A DNA stretch of 64,000 nt from contig JAMDHS010000011.1 of assembly GCA_029717555.1 (NCBI GenBank), positions 248,001 through 312,000 of the forward strand, given 5' to 3'. The notes below the pieces were generated by a model that was given only the letters and a program-made list of their open reading frames with translations, did no database searches and was not told where the DNA came from. This DNA comes from Peribolospora baueri. Taxonomy: Eukaryota. The translations under genes were made by a program, and so were the position numbers. Positions 50,810 to 64,000 of this stretch are shown piece after piece. The stretch's first letter is position 1; each line of letters starts with the position of its first letter.

Positions 50810-53800
50810 TCAGACAAGACCCTTGGCGACCATGGCAATGAACAACCGGTTATCGAGGTCCATCTTGCGCTGGCGGAACTCTGTACCGGTCGGGTCGGCA
50901 CATCGTCATCGAAGAGAACAAGGGAAGAAAAATATTAAGGGCAAAGTCGAGGAAGCGATCAGTCACGAAGGGTTCGAGCACATGCAAAAAACTGATCTGG
51001 TCCCGAGCTTCCAACAGGCCATCGTCACCCTCTCGCTCGCTTCCTTACCTCCCGAATACCACATCTTGTCAATCTCCGCCACCTGCTCAAGGGTAAGCTC
51101 GGCGAGCCGAAGGCTAGGTACGGTGTCAACGGCGATGAGCGATTCGGCTTGCCTGGCGTACGCCATCGCCAGGCCCGCGCGAGGCCTCATCCTCATCTTA
51201 TCGATGTCCCGCATTCGCAGCGGCTCCAGCTCCACCGGCTCCTCCTTCGTCGGGTCTACCACTAGCTCCTCGCCCTGGCGGCCGTCCGCGCCAGTGGGGA
51301 AGATGTCCGACGACGCGAGGAAGCCGCGGACTACGTGTGGGACGTACGACTCTTCGAGGGGGTTGGAAGGGTCCGGCGACGGTGGGGCGGCTGACCGAGG
51401 TAACATGTTTCGAATGCTACGCGGAGGATGAAGAAGCGATGCGAAACGGCCGGCTCGTGAACGAGCGCCGCGAGCGCGAGAACCAGCGGCGCGTCTCAAC
51501 ATGCGGAGCGGAGCAAATGCGCGCGCGCTCTCATCTCCTCTCACCCGGCCAAAGTGATCCTCGCCCCGCTATAGTTTATCCACCACACGGGGTCCTTGCC
51601 TAAGACGGCCTCTACTCGGTCCACCTCTTTATGGAAGCCGATGATAAGCTCGGATTTGCTCTGACAAGTTAGGACGCTCGACTTGATGATCCGGATGCAC
51701 AACGAAATGAGCACTTGGATCTGAGGGAGACAGAGCGAACAAACGTAGGAACGAACGAAGCACAAGGACTCGATCGATGAGCACACACGAAGACGTCAAC
51801 CAGGTGACGGCCAGCGCACGATCGAGCCACATACGCACGGCATATGTGAACCGAGTGGTCCTGTACGACCCCTTTTCGGTGTAGAGCGTGTCCATGCTCC
51901 AATCCCACACCTGCGCGTAGCGAAGCGACGGTGAAAGCCCATCCAAATCCGATCCGACAGTGTCAGCCGGCGCAACGCACGACGAACCCGAGCCCGAGCC
52001 ACCGTTTGACGCCGGGCTGTGAAGGGACGGACGATTAGGCTCACCCAAAGCTTCTTGGGCGCGCCACCAGTCTGCTCGAGTGCACTTCCGTCCTTCTGAA
52101 GGAGGTACTGATCGCACTTTTGCTTATGCTCCTTGCATTGCTTGAGGTGCGTAGCCAACCATTCCTGGAAACGCCTGCTCGCGCCGCTCACCTTGCCCTC
52201 ATACCTGATCAAGCTGTCAAGCATGGCAAAGACGGACATGGTGCGCGCCTCGCTCATCGTCGGCTGCGGAATGGTTTCGAGCGCGGCAAGGAGCCAGCCG
52301 ACTGAGTGAGTGACGAGGAGGTGTCGTCAGTCCAAGCCAGTCATCGATCGACGAGTCTCGACGCCGCCACGGCCATCGGATCGCCCGCTCGCTCACCTAT
52401 GGTGAGACTGCCGTGCATGGCCATAATGCTAGCTTCAAAGCAAGCATGAGCCTCGCTCGCCAGCCTCGTCGCGGTCTCGTACACCGGAATGAGCCTGGGA
52501 CCACCGCCGGCGTTTTGGGTCTGGCCGAGGGCGGTGTGAGAGAGCACGTGGTGATCGCCTTCCGGCTCCTCTACCCATCGATCGGGAGGCAGGTGGAAGG
52601 AGGTCCAAGCGAGCATGGCGAGCACGAGGCTGGGTTCGACGCCGAGCCTATTCTCGTAGACGTTGCGCATGACGCCCGTGCGGATTACGAAGGAGGCGAA
52701 GAGGTGATTTACGGTGCGAAAGTAGAGGGAGAGGCGGAAGGAGATCTCTTGCGAGCTGTCGGATGAAGATAAGATGAGATCGAACGACCGATCGACCAGA
52801 TGAGATCGAACGACAGATCGACTAGACGTGATAGTAGGAAGGGTGGAAAAGCAAAAATGGGGCTCACGCGATCTTCCTGTCTGGGCCAAACATCGCCAGC
52901 AAAGCGTCCCACCACGTCTTCTGCCTGTATTCCACTCCTGGCGTCCGAGGGACGACAACGGGGACTGCGTTCGCGGCTGTCGTCATTGCATGCGAGGAAA
53001 AAGGCACCGCTTCTGATGCCGGAAGCGAGTTTGGACGTGCGAAGGTGGGGAGTGGGCCGGCGACGGCGGGGATGGAAGGTACGACAGGAGGCTGGATGAG
53101 CTTGGGGCCACTGTTGAAGGAGCGAACGTGGCGGAAAGATGAGGTTAGTGCGGTGGGCATGCCGATCGGCGAGCTTGTATGCACATGAACGGAGCCCGGG
53201 ACAGAGGAAATAGACGAGGGGAGGGGACACGGGGCTCGTCTCGATACTGACCTGCTCGGAACGACGCTATCTGGACTGGCAGGCCTGGCTCTCTTCCTAG
53301 TCTTGCCCGCCTCCAACGACGACCCAGAGCCTTGTCCTACGGCCAACCTGTGCTCGCTACCCTCGCTGGCGAGCGCGAGGCGATGGAGCTCCTTCTGTCT
53401 CTCCTTCTCCTTCCTGCTCTCCGTCGCATCGTACGTGCACCTCTTCCCTCCAGGGCCGGGGGCAAACGGGTCCTCCTTGGTACCGATCCCACGGCGCTGA
53501 CAGTGCAGGCACGGCGTGCCGCCGGAGCAGCGCCGCTTGGCCTGACGGCACGGGAGGCAGGCGAGCTGGATCCGCTTGCGGTCATACGAGCCGGTGTATG
53601 CTGGTGGGAGGTCTTCTGCCACCGTAGGAGAGGGCAGAACGTACTGTGAGAGATGTGCAGAGGAGGAAGAGGAGGAAAGAGGGGCGAGGGAAGGCAGGGA
53701 GGGTCGGAAGTAGAGGGAGTCCATTTGGGTAAGGCTGTGCCTACGAAAGATGGAAGGGGGTTGCGCGCTCGTCGTCGGTGGTCCTCCCTGTGATCCGCCG

Positions 53801-54108
53801 CCAAACGTGGCGGGGGGAGCGAGGAAGAGGCAGGAGGAGGGGGAGGAGGAGACAACGGACGGTGTGGTCGCTACGGAAGTTGCCTGAGCCAAGGCGGCGA
53901 AAAGAGGCTCGTCGAAGGACGGTTCAGGGACGGCGGTGAGGGCGACGAAGGGGGAGGGATCGTGAGCGAAGGAAGTGGAAGGGAGAGAGGAGGACTGGAA
54001 AGCGGAGGGGTTTGTGCGAGGGGAAATCGAGGGGAGGGGGAGCAAGGTGGAAGAAAAAGGACGGGCGCCGTGGCGGTCTGGGGCTGAGGGGTCGGCGGAG
54101 GGGGCCAT
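50810..54108 (-). CDS. Zn(II)2Cys6 transcription factor, multi-exon
   Basis: RKRIQLACLPCRQAKRRCSGGTPCLHCQRRG...CTYD, then TWWDALL and a helical middle region. Last exon inferred as (MWYSG)EFRQRKMDLDNRLFIAMVAKGLV*. Internal exon structure is only partly resolved. Confidence 0.8.
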
Positions 54109-54581
54109 GGGTGGTAGGAAGAGGAAGAAGAGGGAGTGAATGGCGTTGATGAGGAGGAAGGGCGGTCAAGTGGATAGATGGGCTCTCTTTTAGCCAAAGC
54201 TCGGGGATGGGGACGGGATGGGATGGGATGGGATAGACAGCGATGAGGTGATGAGGAGGAAGAGAAGATGGAGAGGGAGAAAGAAATTTCGGGCGATGGA
54301 TATGCGCCACTCGACACCACTCGCGGCGACGACGACAACGACGACCATAACGACAACCCTACCACCACCACCACCACCAGCAACAACAACAACATGGTTG
54401 GTCGCCTTGGCTTACGCTACGGGTCGCCCGCCGGGGCAATCGGAGGGAGACATTGTCCATTCAATGCACTTGGGTTAGGGCTCGAGCAGTGAGAAGGGAG
54501 TGCGGGGTGGATGATGGCGTGATGGAGGGAGATGCCATCCAGGATGACTGACGAACGGCGGCTCATGAGCTGGAGTGAGGA

Positions 54582-54664
54582 TGTATGTATGTGGGGTATG
54601 TATGTATGTATGCATGTATGTATGTATGTATGTGTGTGTGTACGTGTGCGTGTATGTGTGTGTG
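54582..54664. repeat. (TATG)n/(TG)n compound microsatellite
   Basis: tgtatgtatgt...tatgtatgtatgtatgtgtgtgtg. Confidence 0.85.
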
Positions 54665-55150
54665 TAAGAAAGAAAGAAAGAAAGAAGCAGAACCATCGCG
54701 CCCGTGCCGGTGACCGTCGTCATCGGCCATGGGTGGCCATGGATGGACGGATGGTCATGGGTCACGGTCGTCGTCATCATTCATCGTCGTGGTGGTGGTG
54801 GTGGTCGTCGCCGTCGCCGTCGCTCTGCACCGCCGCCTCCTCTTCTTCCACAATACCTGCCGTACATCTATCTACCTGCGTCATCGTCGTCGTCTGACCA
54901 ACGCCGGCCGTGGCTGACGATCCAAGCGCAGGCACAGGAACCAACGCAATGCGCACACGACCGAGCTGCGGCGATCGAATGGCCGACTGGGGTTAGCGTA
55001 GCGTAGCTGGTTGTCTCTCATCTCGTCTCCTATGTTCGATACAACCGATAGGATAGGTACGATAGTGATCGCGAATGTACAAGCGACCGTCCAGATGCAA
55101 GCACGAGAAAGAAATACAGCAGAGATGACCGAGGAGCCCGAGCCGGCGTG

Positions 55151-57271
55151 CTATCGGACCGAGCGCACGTCCAGCACAGCCTGGTTCTCTATCGCTTTGC
55201 GTACCCGGTTCAAGATGTCCATGTAGGCGAGACCCACCCAGCTGTGTATGTGTGTGAGAGAGAGAGAGAGCGGATCCGGCAGGCGGGAAAAGAAGAGTGA
55301 GCGGTACGATGGACGGAGCTCGGGTCGGATCGGATCGGATCGACTCACAAGAAGCAGCCCTCCTCGATACACCACAGCGACCAGCTCAAAAGAAACTGAC
55401 CCCAGCCGAGAAGACGCATCACCCCACACAGCACCTTCTCCGTCTGACGCAGCTGAGGAGGCGGACGGAAGGGCGAGAGCGTCGGGTCGTTGATCACGCC
55501 ACGCGTGACCAGCACAGCGATAGGGACGCTGAGCAGGAGCAGCCCGAGCAGCAACGACGCCGCTAGTCGTTCCTTCAACAGGAGCGGAGAAGAGGGGGAT
55601 GCGAGAGCGTATGGTAGAGCGTCGAAATCCGCGTTGGCCGAAAACACAACGTCCTCCTCGCCACCCCAACCCGTTTCCCACGACGCCGGCGGCGGGCCGA
55701 ACTCGTGAGCAGGAAACCACTCCGACGACGTGTTCCGTTTCACGCAATCCGTCGCCAAGCTTCGACCGCCGCCGACGGCCCTGTCAATAGCTCTAGACAG
55801 GACGCACATGCTTCCGCCGAGGATGTCGAAAACGCGCACAACGGTCCGCAGTCCCAAGGTGTAGACGAGGTGGCGGGCGACGACGCGTTCGAGTGTGCTG
55901 CTCTTTCCGCGCGGGAGGTACATCCCCAACGGGTATCCGCCGAGTAAGGACCGCCAGTGGGGACCCCAGAACGCATCTCCAACGTCCTCCGCCACCTGCC
56001 TCCAAGTCACGATCGTCCTTGTACCCCGGCTAGGAGACGGGGGTGGCGAACGCAGCCTCAGGACCGCTTCCAAGCCCATCCAGAGCACCTTACCCGTCCA
56101 CCAGAGCAGATCTGTCCGATCGGTGACCAGCAGTAGCATGTCAGCCGTTGATCGTTTGAGCCACCACCACGTCGACTTTGCGCATGCTTGCACGTTGACT
56201 TGAAAGACCATGAGCGTGGCCAGACAGAAGCGCCAAAAGAAGGACTTGGACGCCAGCTGCCGCTCCAAGTCGGGTTCGCTGGATCCCCTCCCCTGCAAGA
56301 TGTCCAGTCCTGGAGCGTGCATCGCCGAATGGCCCGGATGAGAGCTCGGTAGCGAGGCAATCTGTGCAAAGGCGAGAGGCAATAGACAGATAGCGTCGCA
56401 TCACCATGGAACGTCCCGACACGCCTAAGTAAGACGCTAACGAGAGAGCAGCACGAACGGCCCATGCAGTCCAGACGCACCCTTCGAGAGACCTCGAGAC
56501 CTATCCCGCCCACGAAAACGGCCAACAATACAACCACCAAAAGGCTGAGCAGCGCCTTCACGATCTCGTTCTGCAGTGCCGCCAATAGCAGCGCGCGCGA
56601 GAACGACTGGGCCTCGAAGCGGTATCGTACGCCACACGTATTGCAGGCCTCCGCTGGAGGGTGTTTCTTCTCCTCCGAGAAGATACCTAGAAGCCTGTCT
56701 GTCGTCGTCTCCGCTCGGTGGGAGCGCAGCTGGCGAAGGCAGGCGGGGTGGATGAACTGCAGAGTGTGGACGGTGGAGAGTAGAATACATGTTCAAGTCG
56801 ACCGTCGAACCGCTGTCAGCCAGTGCGGAGAACACAAGGAGGAGAGGCGAGGACGCAGAGCGAGAACGAGAGCGCTACCTGTATGCTTCCCGTACAGCCG
56901 CAGGGCACGATGAACCCGCCCAGGCTCTCACCCTCTTCGTCCACGTCGTCCTCGTCGCCAAAGCATAACCGGCAATGCGGCTCATCGAAAGCAGCAGCTG
57001 GCTCATACCCGCGTCTGTTTGCCTGTTCGTCGCCATCGCCTCCGCCGCCGCCCTTACCCTTGTCCGAACTTTGGAGCCGTGGCGTAGGCGCGAAGAAGGG
57101 CCGGGAGAAGTCGGAGAGGAGTGCGTCTACCGCGCGCTCGTCCTCGCCCCACGTAGACCAGCCAACGTCGTCGGTGTCCATCGCACGGGCTTTGGAGGAA
57201 TAGGTGTGGTGGTGGAGATAGAGAGCACTGCGACCGGACCTGACTGCCTGCACCTCATTTCCGGTCGTCAT
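55151..57271 (-). CDS. RING-CH (RINGv, MARCH-like) membrane E3 ubiquitin ligase
   Basis: CRLCFG...PCGCTGSIQ|FIHPACL...CNTCGVRY (C4HC3), followed by hydrophobic segments (LLSLLVVVLLAVFVGGIG etc.). C-terminus ...AIENQAVLDVRSVR*. Start could be 57271 or 57181. Confidence 0.82.
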
Positions 57272-57587
57272 GATCCGCCCGAGCGGAGAGTGGCTGTATA
57301 CGAAACCCGGTAAGCACCGCCGATCTCCGTCTGCGGACCTGTGTCTGTGTCTGTCTGATCACGCGCAGAGCAGCCGACACCGGCACGCTCTGGGGTTTGG
57401 GGCGGAGAGAGGCCGATGATGATCATGTCCTCGATCGACGGCCGTCCATTCCAAGCCTTCGACCACCATCATCTCTCTCCCCCTCGCCGTCGTCCAGCCA
57501 GCGCGACGCACTCCCTTTGCCTCTCACGCCTCCCTCTGCCGGTCCACTGCCTAGCCGGGCTTGGCTAGGTTGGCTGGCCGGCCAGCC

Positions 57588-60500
57588 ATGGAGAGTAACG
57601 TGGAACAGTGAGTGCGAAATAGCACACCTCCCAATGCATCCGCCCCGGCTCAATGCTCACTGACGCCGATCCCGCTTCGCTCCCCCCGATCGCTTTCGCT
57701 CTGATGGTCGTCGCTCACAGCGCTCGCGCCATCTGGGAAGCCGCGCTGGACGACGCCCTCGCTCACTTTCGCGCCCTCCTCGGCTCGTCCAACTCTCGAG
57801 CCTGGACACCCGTCGTCCTTCCCAGCTCGGCGACCAGCAGCTCCGCTTTGCCACACCCTCGCTCCTCCTCGGGATCGCTAATTCAGCTCGATGTCAAGGG
57901 AAAAGGGAGAGCTTCGTCCTTTGGCGTCCCAGGCGAGCATCCCTCCGGGGCTGTCCGGGGCGGCTCCAAGTTCAAGCTGGGAGCGCTGGATGCTAAGGAC
58001 GTGAAGCTTCATCGCAGGAGCGGAAGAGGAAGCGGAGGGAAAAGCGGAAAGGAGATCTTGAGGGCTGTGGTAGATGTTCCGTACGAGGGAAAGCCGGATG
58101 CCGAAGATCTGGCGGCCGTGCTCGAAACGTGCGACGCCAGAGAAGCTTGTGAGTTCTAGCACCTCCATCGTCACGAGCTCTGACCGGTCGGCATTCATGA
58201 CCAACGCGCAAGGTTAACCAACTCCTGTTTCTTGATTGTTCCCTTTGGTGTCGCTCCATTAGGGGATCGCATGGTGGAGAGCTCCGAGCTGCTTGACCTG
58301 CTCGACCCGCGCACCCGAATATGCAAGACAGACTATCGCTTTGGCTGGCCTGCCAGGTGAGCACCTCTTCCGAGCGAGGGCGCCGACTGTGCACTCAACT
58401 TCTTTTTGGCGCTGTTTTCTTTTCTCTCAGCCCCCGGGACGTGATCACCATCTCGAGAACAATCTCCGATGCCCGCACAGTCGTCGATGTCTCCACCTCC
58501 CTTCCCCGCTCACGCGACGAGCCCCCGTACCTCCGGCCGGCTCCACCGTACGTGCGCTCGCACCTTCACCTTCTCGCCTGGTGCGTGCAAATACTAGACC
58601 CGTCCGAACCGGAAATGACACCAGCAGCGGTGGTGGTGCCGCTTCCGAAGTCGCCCTGTCTCCGCATCACCGCCTTTTGGTCTTGGGACCTCAAGGGCTT
58701 CTGGACCCTTGGAGGCTCCGGTCTCGCCGCGCAGTTCCCCGCCCTTCTCTGCGGCTTTGCGGACTACGTTCGAGATCACTCGGACAAGATCCCCACCATG
58801 CGCAACTACGGCCGCGGGGTGGAGATCACCAGCAGGTCCTACGATCACACTCGGGACACGCTATTGACCGGATACAGCGTGCTCCCGTATGGAGAGGGCG
58901 ACGGACACACGGACGAGAGCCCCCTGGGAGCGGAGAATGCGACGGGAAGGACGACAGAGGACCTTGCCAACTTGCAGTGGCGCCGGCTCCTGGACGGCTC
59001 GGTCGAGTTCACTCTACCTTCCGAGCAAGGTTGGGACGTCAAGGTGGATGTACGTTCTTCGACGACTGGCACAGAGTCTTCCGACTGGCGTTCCGTGCTG
59101 GAGCGTCCTTCGACATCCGGGAGAATTTCGCTGGTGGTGAAGCGCTCTCGGTTCCAAGACGTGGAAGAGTCGGTCAAGGTGAGGGTCAGCATTCAGAGGA
59201 TAGCCAGCAGCAAGGAAGTCCGCTTGAATGGCAAGGTGCAGCAGGTCTCCGAGGTGGAAGCGCGGAGCCCGACCGCGGTAAGGCAGATGTTGGCGGACGT
59301 CGCGAGTACGAGCGGGTTCAGCCTCGCCACGACCAGCAGCGCGGATAGCTCCGTGACAGACGGGCCGGCAGGATCGTCATCTGCCGGAAGCACACACGTC
59401 AAGCGCACCGAAGCAAGCGAAGGAACTTCCACCCCCACTTCCTCTGTCGTTTCCGCGCAGACTCTGCGAGAACAAACGGCAAGCCCCAAGGTTTCTCAAA
59501 AGCGAGCCGTCGCTCAGGCCATCGCCACTTTGATCCGGCGCAACTATATCTACTTCACTTCGCTCCTCCAAGAGCCGGAAGCGAAGTGGAAGCATATCTC
59601 CGAGTCCCGCGGTGTGACGATCACCAAACTCGACTCCATCGACCCTACCCTCGTAGTTTATCGAGCCGAGGCTACCTTTGTCGGCGTTGGCGTGTGGGAC
59701 CTATTCAGCACGATCAATACGCCGGGTGTAAGGGCTTGGCTGGACGGCGGCAGGGAAGAGGCCACGTTATTGGAAGACGTCAGCGACTTGAGCAGTCTCT
59801 GGCACTTGAAAAAAGCGGCTTCGTGGCCCGCCAGGTGAGCCCACATCCTGGCTTCTTATTTTTTTCCCAATGCCTCTATGATATTGGGTCTTGCGCGCTG
59901 ATCATATCCGTCTCTACGACATGTTCGCTCCACCTTCCAAGCGCACGGGACTCCGTCCTCGTGAAGACATCTTACAAGTCTCCGAACTCGGTCCACATAT
60001 TCTCCTTTTCGACCGACGACCACCGACTCTTCCCTACACTCCCACCAACAGAGGCCGGCGTCATTCGCGTTCAGGTGGACCTTCTCGGTTGGTCGGTGGA
60101 GTCGCTTTCACCGAATACCACGCACATAACCTTACTGGAGCAGTCCGATCCGAAAGGCTGGACGAGCAAGAGCACCATACCAAGCCAGATGATCACAGCC
60201 GTCGCCGGCGTTGGCGACTATGCCATCAAGTTCGGCGGTCCTCCAGTTGCTACTCGACTTCTGGGTGCCAAGGCCAATTCGTCCAAGTACGACCACGAGA
60301 AAGCGCAGTATCGCATCGAATACGCGGCGCTGCAGCCACGCCTTTCGGAAGCCACCGCGGACGACGAGGGCGAGGGCGTGACGGAAAGGCCCAACATCGA
60401 GTGCGAACTGAGATGCGATGTTGAGACATGGGCACAGTCTCTCGATGTCGTCGTTGACCCTCCACCCACGGGCGTGTCCTGCCTCCGGCGGCACCGCCTG

Positions 60501-63500
60501 TCATCTGGTGGGGGTGGCTTGTGGATCACGGTCGAGCACAACGCTGCTGCGCTTGCGTCCGAGCCAGCTCGTGTCATCGTCCGCCGCGGTCCATCGCCGA
60601 GCCGGGAGAGGGACCGTGGAATGGTCCTCGTGAACGGCGCGAAGGTGAAAGTGGACAGGGACGACCTTCCCGCTGATGAGGTGAAGCTTCTGAGCCAACG
60701 CAAGCGCACCAAGCCGACAAGAATCGCCCTGGACCAGCCTGTCGCCCGCAAGCCGTGGCAGAAGAGAGGGACGGATAGCCAGAGCAGCAGCATACCCGGC
60801 TCGCCGGATGGAGGCGCGCCTACACTTAAGGCGCTCGGCGATTCGAACTCTACATCGCTCTCCTCTTGGGGTCGCTTTTTCGGCATACAAACGACGTCAA
60901 ACTTGAACGCTTCTCTGGACGCTCTTACCGGGGAAAAACCTGCAGCCGACGCTCCTCGTCATCCTATGTGCTGTGCTCTAGATGCCCTTGCCTTCCTGCA
61001 GATCATTCACGCCGGGCAAGCGCCGGACCCGGCTTCCTCTCCACCGGGATGGGCGCCCATCTTCGAGCGCAACGGCCTGGTCGTGCGCCGGAAAATGTTC
61101 GAGTCGATATCACCCACGGTGGCGGTGCACAGGGGAGACAAGGTCATCGAAGGTCTGTCTGCGGATGAGATCGCTGCTGTCGTCACGAGCCCGGGTTGCA
61201 GAAGCAAGTGGGACGAGAAGTACGAGAGCTACGTCCCGCTTGAGAGCTACGGTAATGGGGCAAGTACGGCTTTCGTCACCACCAAGGCGACGTTCCCCTT
61301 CCGCGGACGTGGCTTCCACATCGCAAGCACCACTGCTCGTGCCTTTCCGCCAAGCTCTGTGACGTCACCGACGGGTGGAGCGGGTGCTATCACCAGCCCC
61401 AGCATCATTTACCATGCCTCAGCGTCCTTTCCTGAGGTGACTGCCGATGCGACGTTTAACACCGCCGAGCTCAACCCACAGAACCTGCCAATCGGTAAGG
61501 TCCTCGTCGAAGGGTGGATCCTCGAGACGCTTGATCCTTACGGCAGCAGCAACTACCCGATACCTTCTACTCGATGCACATTTATCTCGGCTATCGACTA
61601 TGGCGGTAGCTTGCCTCTTGCCGTCAACACCATGTACAATGCCTCGCTACCCCGAGGCGTACTGGCTGTGGAAGAACTCCTCAAGGGTCAAGGCCTCCTT
61701 CCGATGTTGAAACGCCCATGGTCGTCTTTCCAGGTCGCGCTGACCAGCCATGGCGAGGATACGGGAGATCGTTGGGAAGTTGCCGGCCTCGGCCGTCGAA
61801 GGCAGTTGCTGTTCAGCAACTTCTCCACGTCTAATCGAGCTTTCCAGCTCAGCGTAAAGCTCAGAAGGTTCGCAGAAGGCGACAAGCCGCGCAGAAACTC
61901 CGAGTCTAACAACGCCTCTGCAACCCCGTCTTCACCTCCCTCGATGGCGCCTCAAGTCTTCACGGATGAGCCTCAGCCAGTAAGCTCGCTGCCACTACCA
62001 TCTGCCCCTTCGAGCACCGACGGCAGTTTGGCGATGAGGAGGCAGTCCAGCTCGCGGACACTCAGTCATACGAAGAGCACTGCCAGTCTGAAGCCGCACG
62101 GATCAGCGGGCAACAATGAACTCAAGAACACACCGAGCCTGAGGGATCTGGCTGGTGAAGCTCGAAAGAGGGCGCGAGATCTGATCGTCGCTGAAGTCGA
62201 GGTGGACTTGAAGCATTACCCAGCGGGCTACGAGATCACCGCTGCCTCCACCTTTTTACGTGCCTCTGAGAAACCCGGGGCGGATATCGACCAGGCGGCG
62301 GAGGACGAGGCGATTGATCTTTCTCAATTGCTCGGCTCCAGCACGACTGGGGCCAGCGAGCTTCCGCTCCTCGCCAGCGTGTACGAGCTTCCCACCTCGG
62401 CGTTGCGTGCCGCTTCGCTTGACGCCCCTGTTCGCGGGAGGAAGCACCTCGTGCGATTGGCCCTTCCTACTGCCAGGTATTCGCCGTCTGTCCCTGACCC
62501 CCTCTCCGGCTCTCAAGAGGACGAGCGGCAGGAGCCTCCAGAGTGGTATCAGAAGCTCGCTCGGCGAGGGGCGACCGTCAACGTGAGTATCCGACCCAGC
62601 AGGGAAGGAGAGGAACTTGAGGGCATTGCAAAGCCCATTCAAGTCACGATCCGTTGGCAAGGAGAGAAAGTAGGGGTGACAAGCGAGCAGGATACGGCGG
62701 ACATGCTCGCGAGGGAGGCTAGGACAGGAAGTGAAGGGCCCAAGCTCGTCCGCACACGGGCTAAGGATTTGTGTGCCCCGGACATTCCGGTCGCGCCGCC
62801 TTCCGGGTTGGAGCAACCGCTGGCTGCCAACGCACGCTTCAAACATCGGTCCCCCTCCAAAGTGTCGGGGTCGTCGTCACCGAATGAGGCTTCTTCCCCG
62901 CCCGTGTTGTCTCGCACCCAATCCCGCACTAGCACGTCGACCGCAGACGACGAATCGAAGGCGATCAGCGCTGGTGCGAGTCGCCCGGGGCGGCTCAAGG
63001 TCGGCCATGGCGAGGCCAAGTCGGGCGCTAGCACGCCGCTGATGAGTCTCTTCAGCGGCATCACGGTAGGCGCTTATCCGCTCAGCAGGTTCACGTCCGT
63101 CCCGGCCGCAGAAGGTTCTCGCCCGACGAACGGACATGCGGAAGGTGCCGTCGTCGACCCGAGCTCTTCAGGCGCAGACCCGAAAGCGGACAAGACGGAC
63201 GGCTCGGAGACGACGATGCCCGGCGGAAGCAGCGCACTCTTGCTCCGTCAGAGCAGGGAACGGCGGCAGGCCAGGTCGTACAGCACCATGACGGTCGTCC
63301 TCGTCGCCCTCATCTTCTTCCTCCTCGGCTCCTTTTTGCGCTCGCTGCTCAGTCCGGCAGATTTCCTCCTGCAGGGGCCCCCATCGGAAATGCAAGGCCT
63401 CGTCGACGACGGGCAGGAAATCAGATGGCGCGAGATCCGGCGCCTGCTCGAGTTCAAGGGTGTGATCGGTGGGAGGGATCTCGTGGTGGCCGTCGTCAGG

Positions 63501-63509
63501 CGGCAATGA
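57588..63509 (+). CDS. Large multi-START (Bet v1/SRPBCC-like) domain protein with C-terminal transmembrane segment
   Basis: Three START-like blocks: WDRMVE...SPRDVITISR...YVRSHL; WKHISESRGVTI...ARDSVLV...EQSDPKGW; HRGDKVIEG...RSKWDE...FPFRGRGF...IDYGGSLP. TM segment TVVLVALIFFLLGSFLRSLL. First micro-exon MESNVEH. Confidence 0.82.
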
Positions 63510-64000
63510 TCGACCGACCGGGTCGGTCTGTCTGTCTGTCGGTCGCCTTTTCCTCGCTTTTTTTTTTCTTCTTTCTTTTTCTGGAATTCGGGCCACCTCA
63601 GTTCGTCCGATCGTTAGCTAGTTTTTTAGGGAGTCTGGTAGTTTGAAGTTAGGTCACTCACCCCGTCATCCCCCTCTCCTCCTTTCGGTCCGCTGGTCCT
63701 TTGACACTACCCATCGCTGTCTTCACATACAAGGCGACAGACAGTCTCTTCCTTCTTCGCAGCCCTTTCCAACGACCCCGCGTATTTGATGGCCCGCCAC
63801 CCGCTCCACCGTGGCCAGTGTATGTGTGTATAAGGCTCTGTCTAGGTTTTTTTTCGCAAGTCCAACCCCCGCCCCGCCCGTCTCTCCCCACGCGCGAACG
63901 ACATTTTGATATTAATCCAAATTAAGGTTCCCCTCCAACCCACGCTATATCCCGTCTCGGGCACGAAAACACGAACGTCCGGGCAGGTCCGGGTCGGAAA

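Noticed and set aside
1..64000. tRNA, rRNA, transposase or reverse-transcriptase genes
   Set aside because: None recognised by eye; tRNAscan-SE, Infernal and RepeatMasker would be needed to exclude small or degenerate elements.

Overview
GC-rich, intron-rich eukaryotic DNA. The GTGAGY/GTGCGT donors, CTGAC/CTAAC branch points, dense microsatellites and gene content point to a basidiomycete fungus (inference). I assembled 12 spliced protein-coding genes by hand. In order: a large low-complexity protein running off the left edge (-); a GH127 beta-L-arabinofuranosidase (-) head-to-head with an MFS sugar porter (+); an Mcm1/SRF MADS-box factor (-); an Sfp-type phosphopantetheinyl transferase (-) head-to-head with DASH subunit Dam1 (+); a ~2,550-aa DUF3712/Tag1-like membrane protein (+); a Red1/ZFC3H1-like RNA-surveillance scaffold (+); an Mn-type CDF transporter (+); two convergent Zn(II)2Cys6 factors, each with an abnormally long loop in the cluster; and a RING-CH ligase (-) head-to-head with a multi-START lipid-binding protein (+). 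The best candidate for an undescribed system is the GH127-transporter pair. Its shared promoter carries an 11-bp perfect inverted repeat, further copies of the same half-site, an E-box palindrome and a CreA/Mig1-type site, suggesting a regulated import-and-hydrolyse module for beta-L-arabinofuranosides. I recognised no rRNA, tRNA, CRISPR array or transposase. All family calls come from motif recognition by eye, with no database searches, and exon boundaries are manual.
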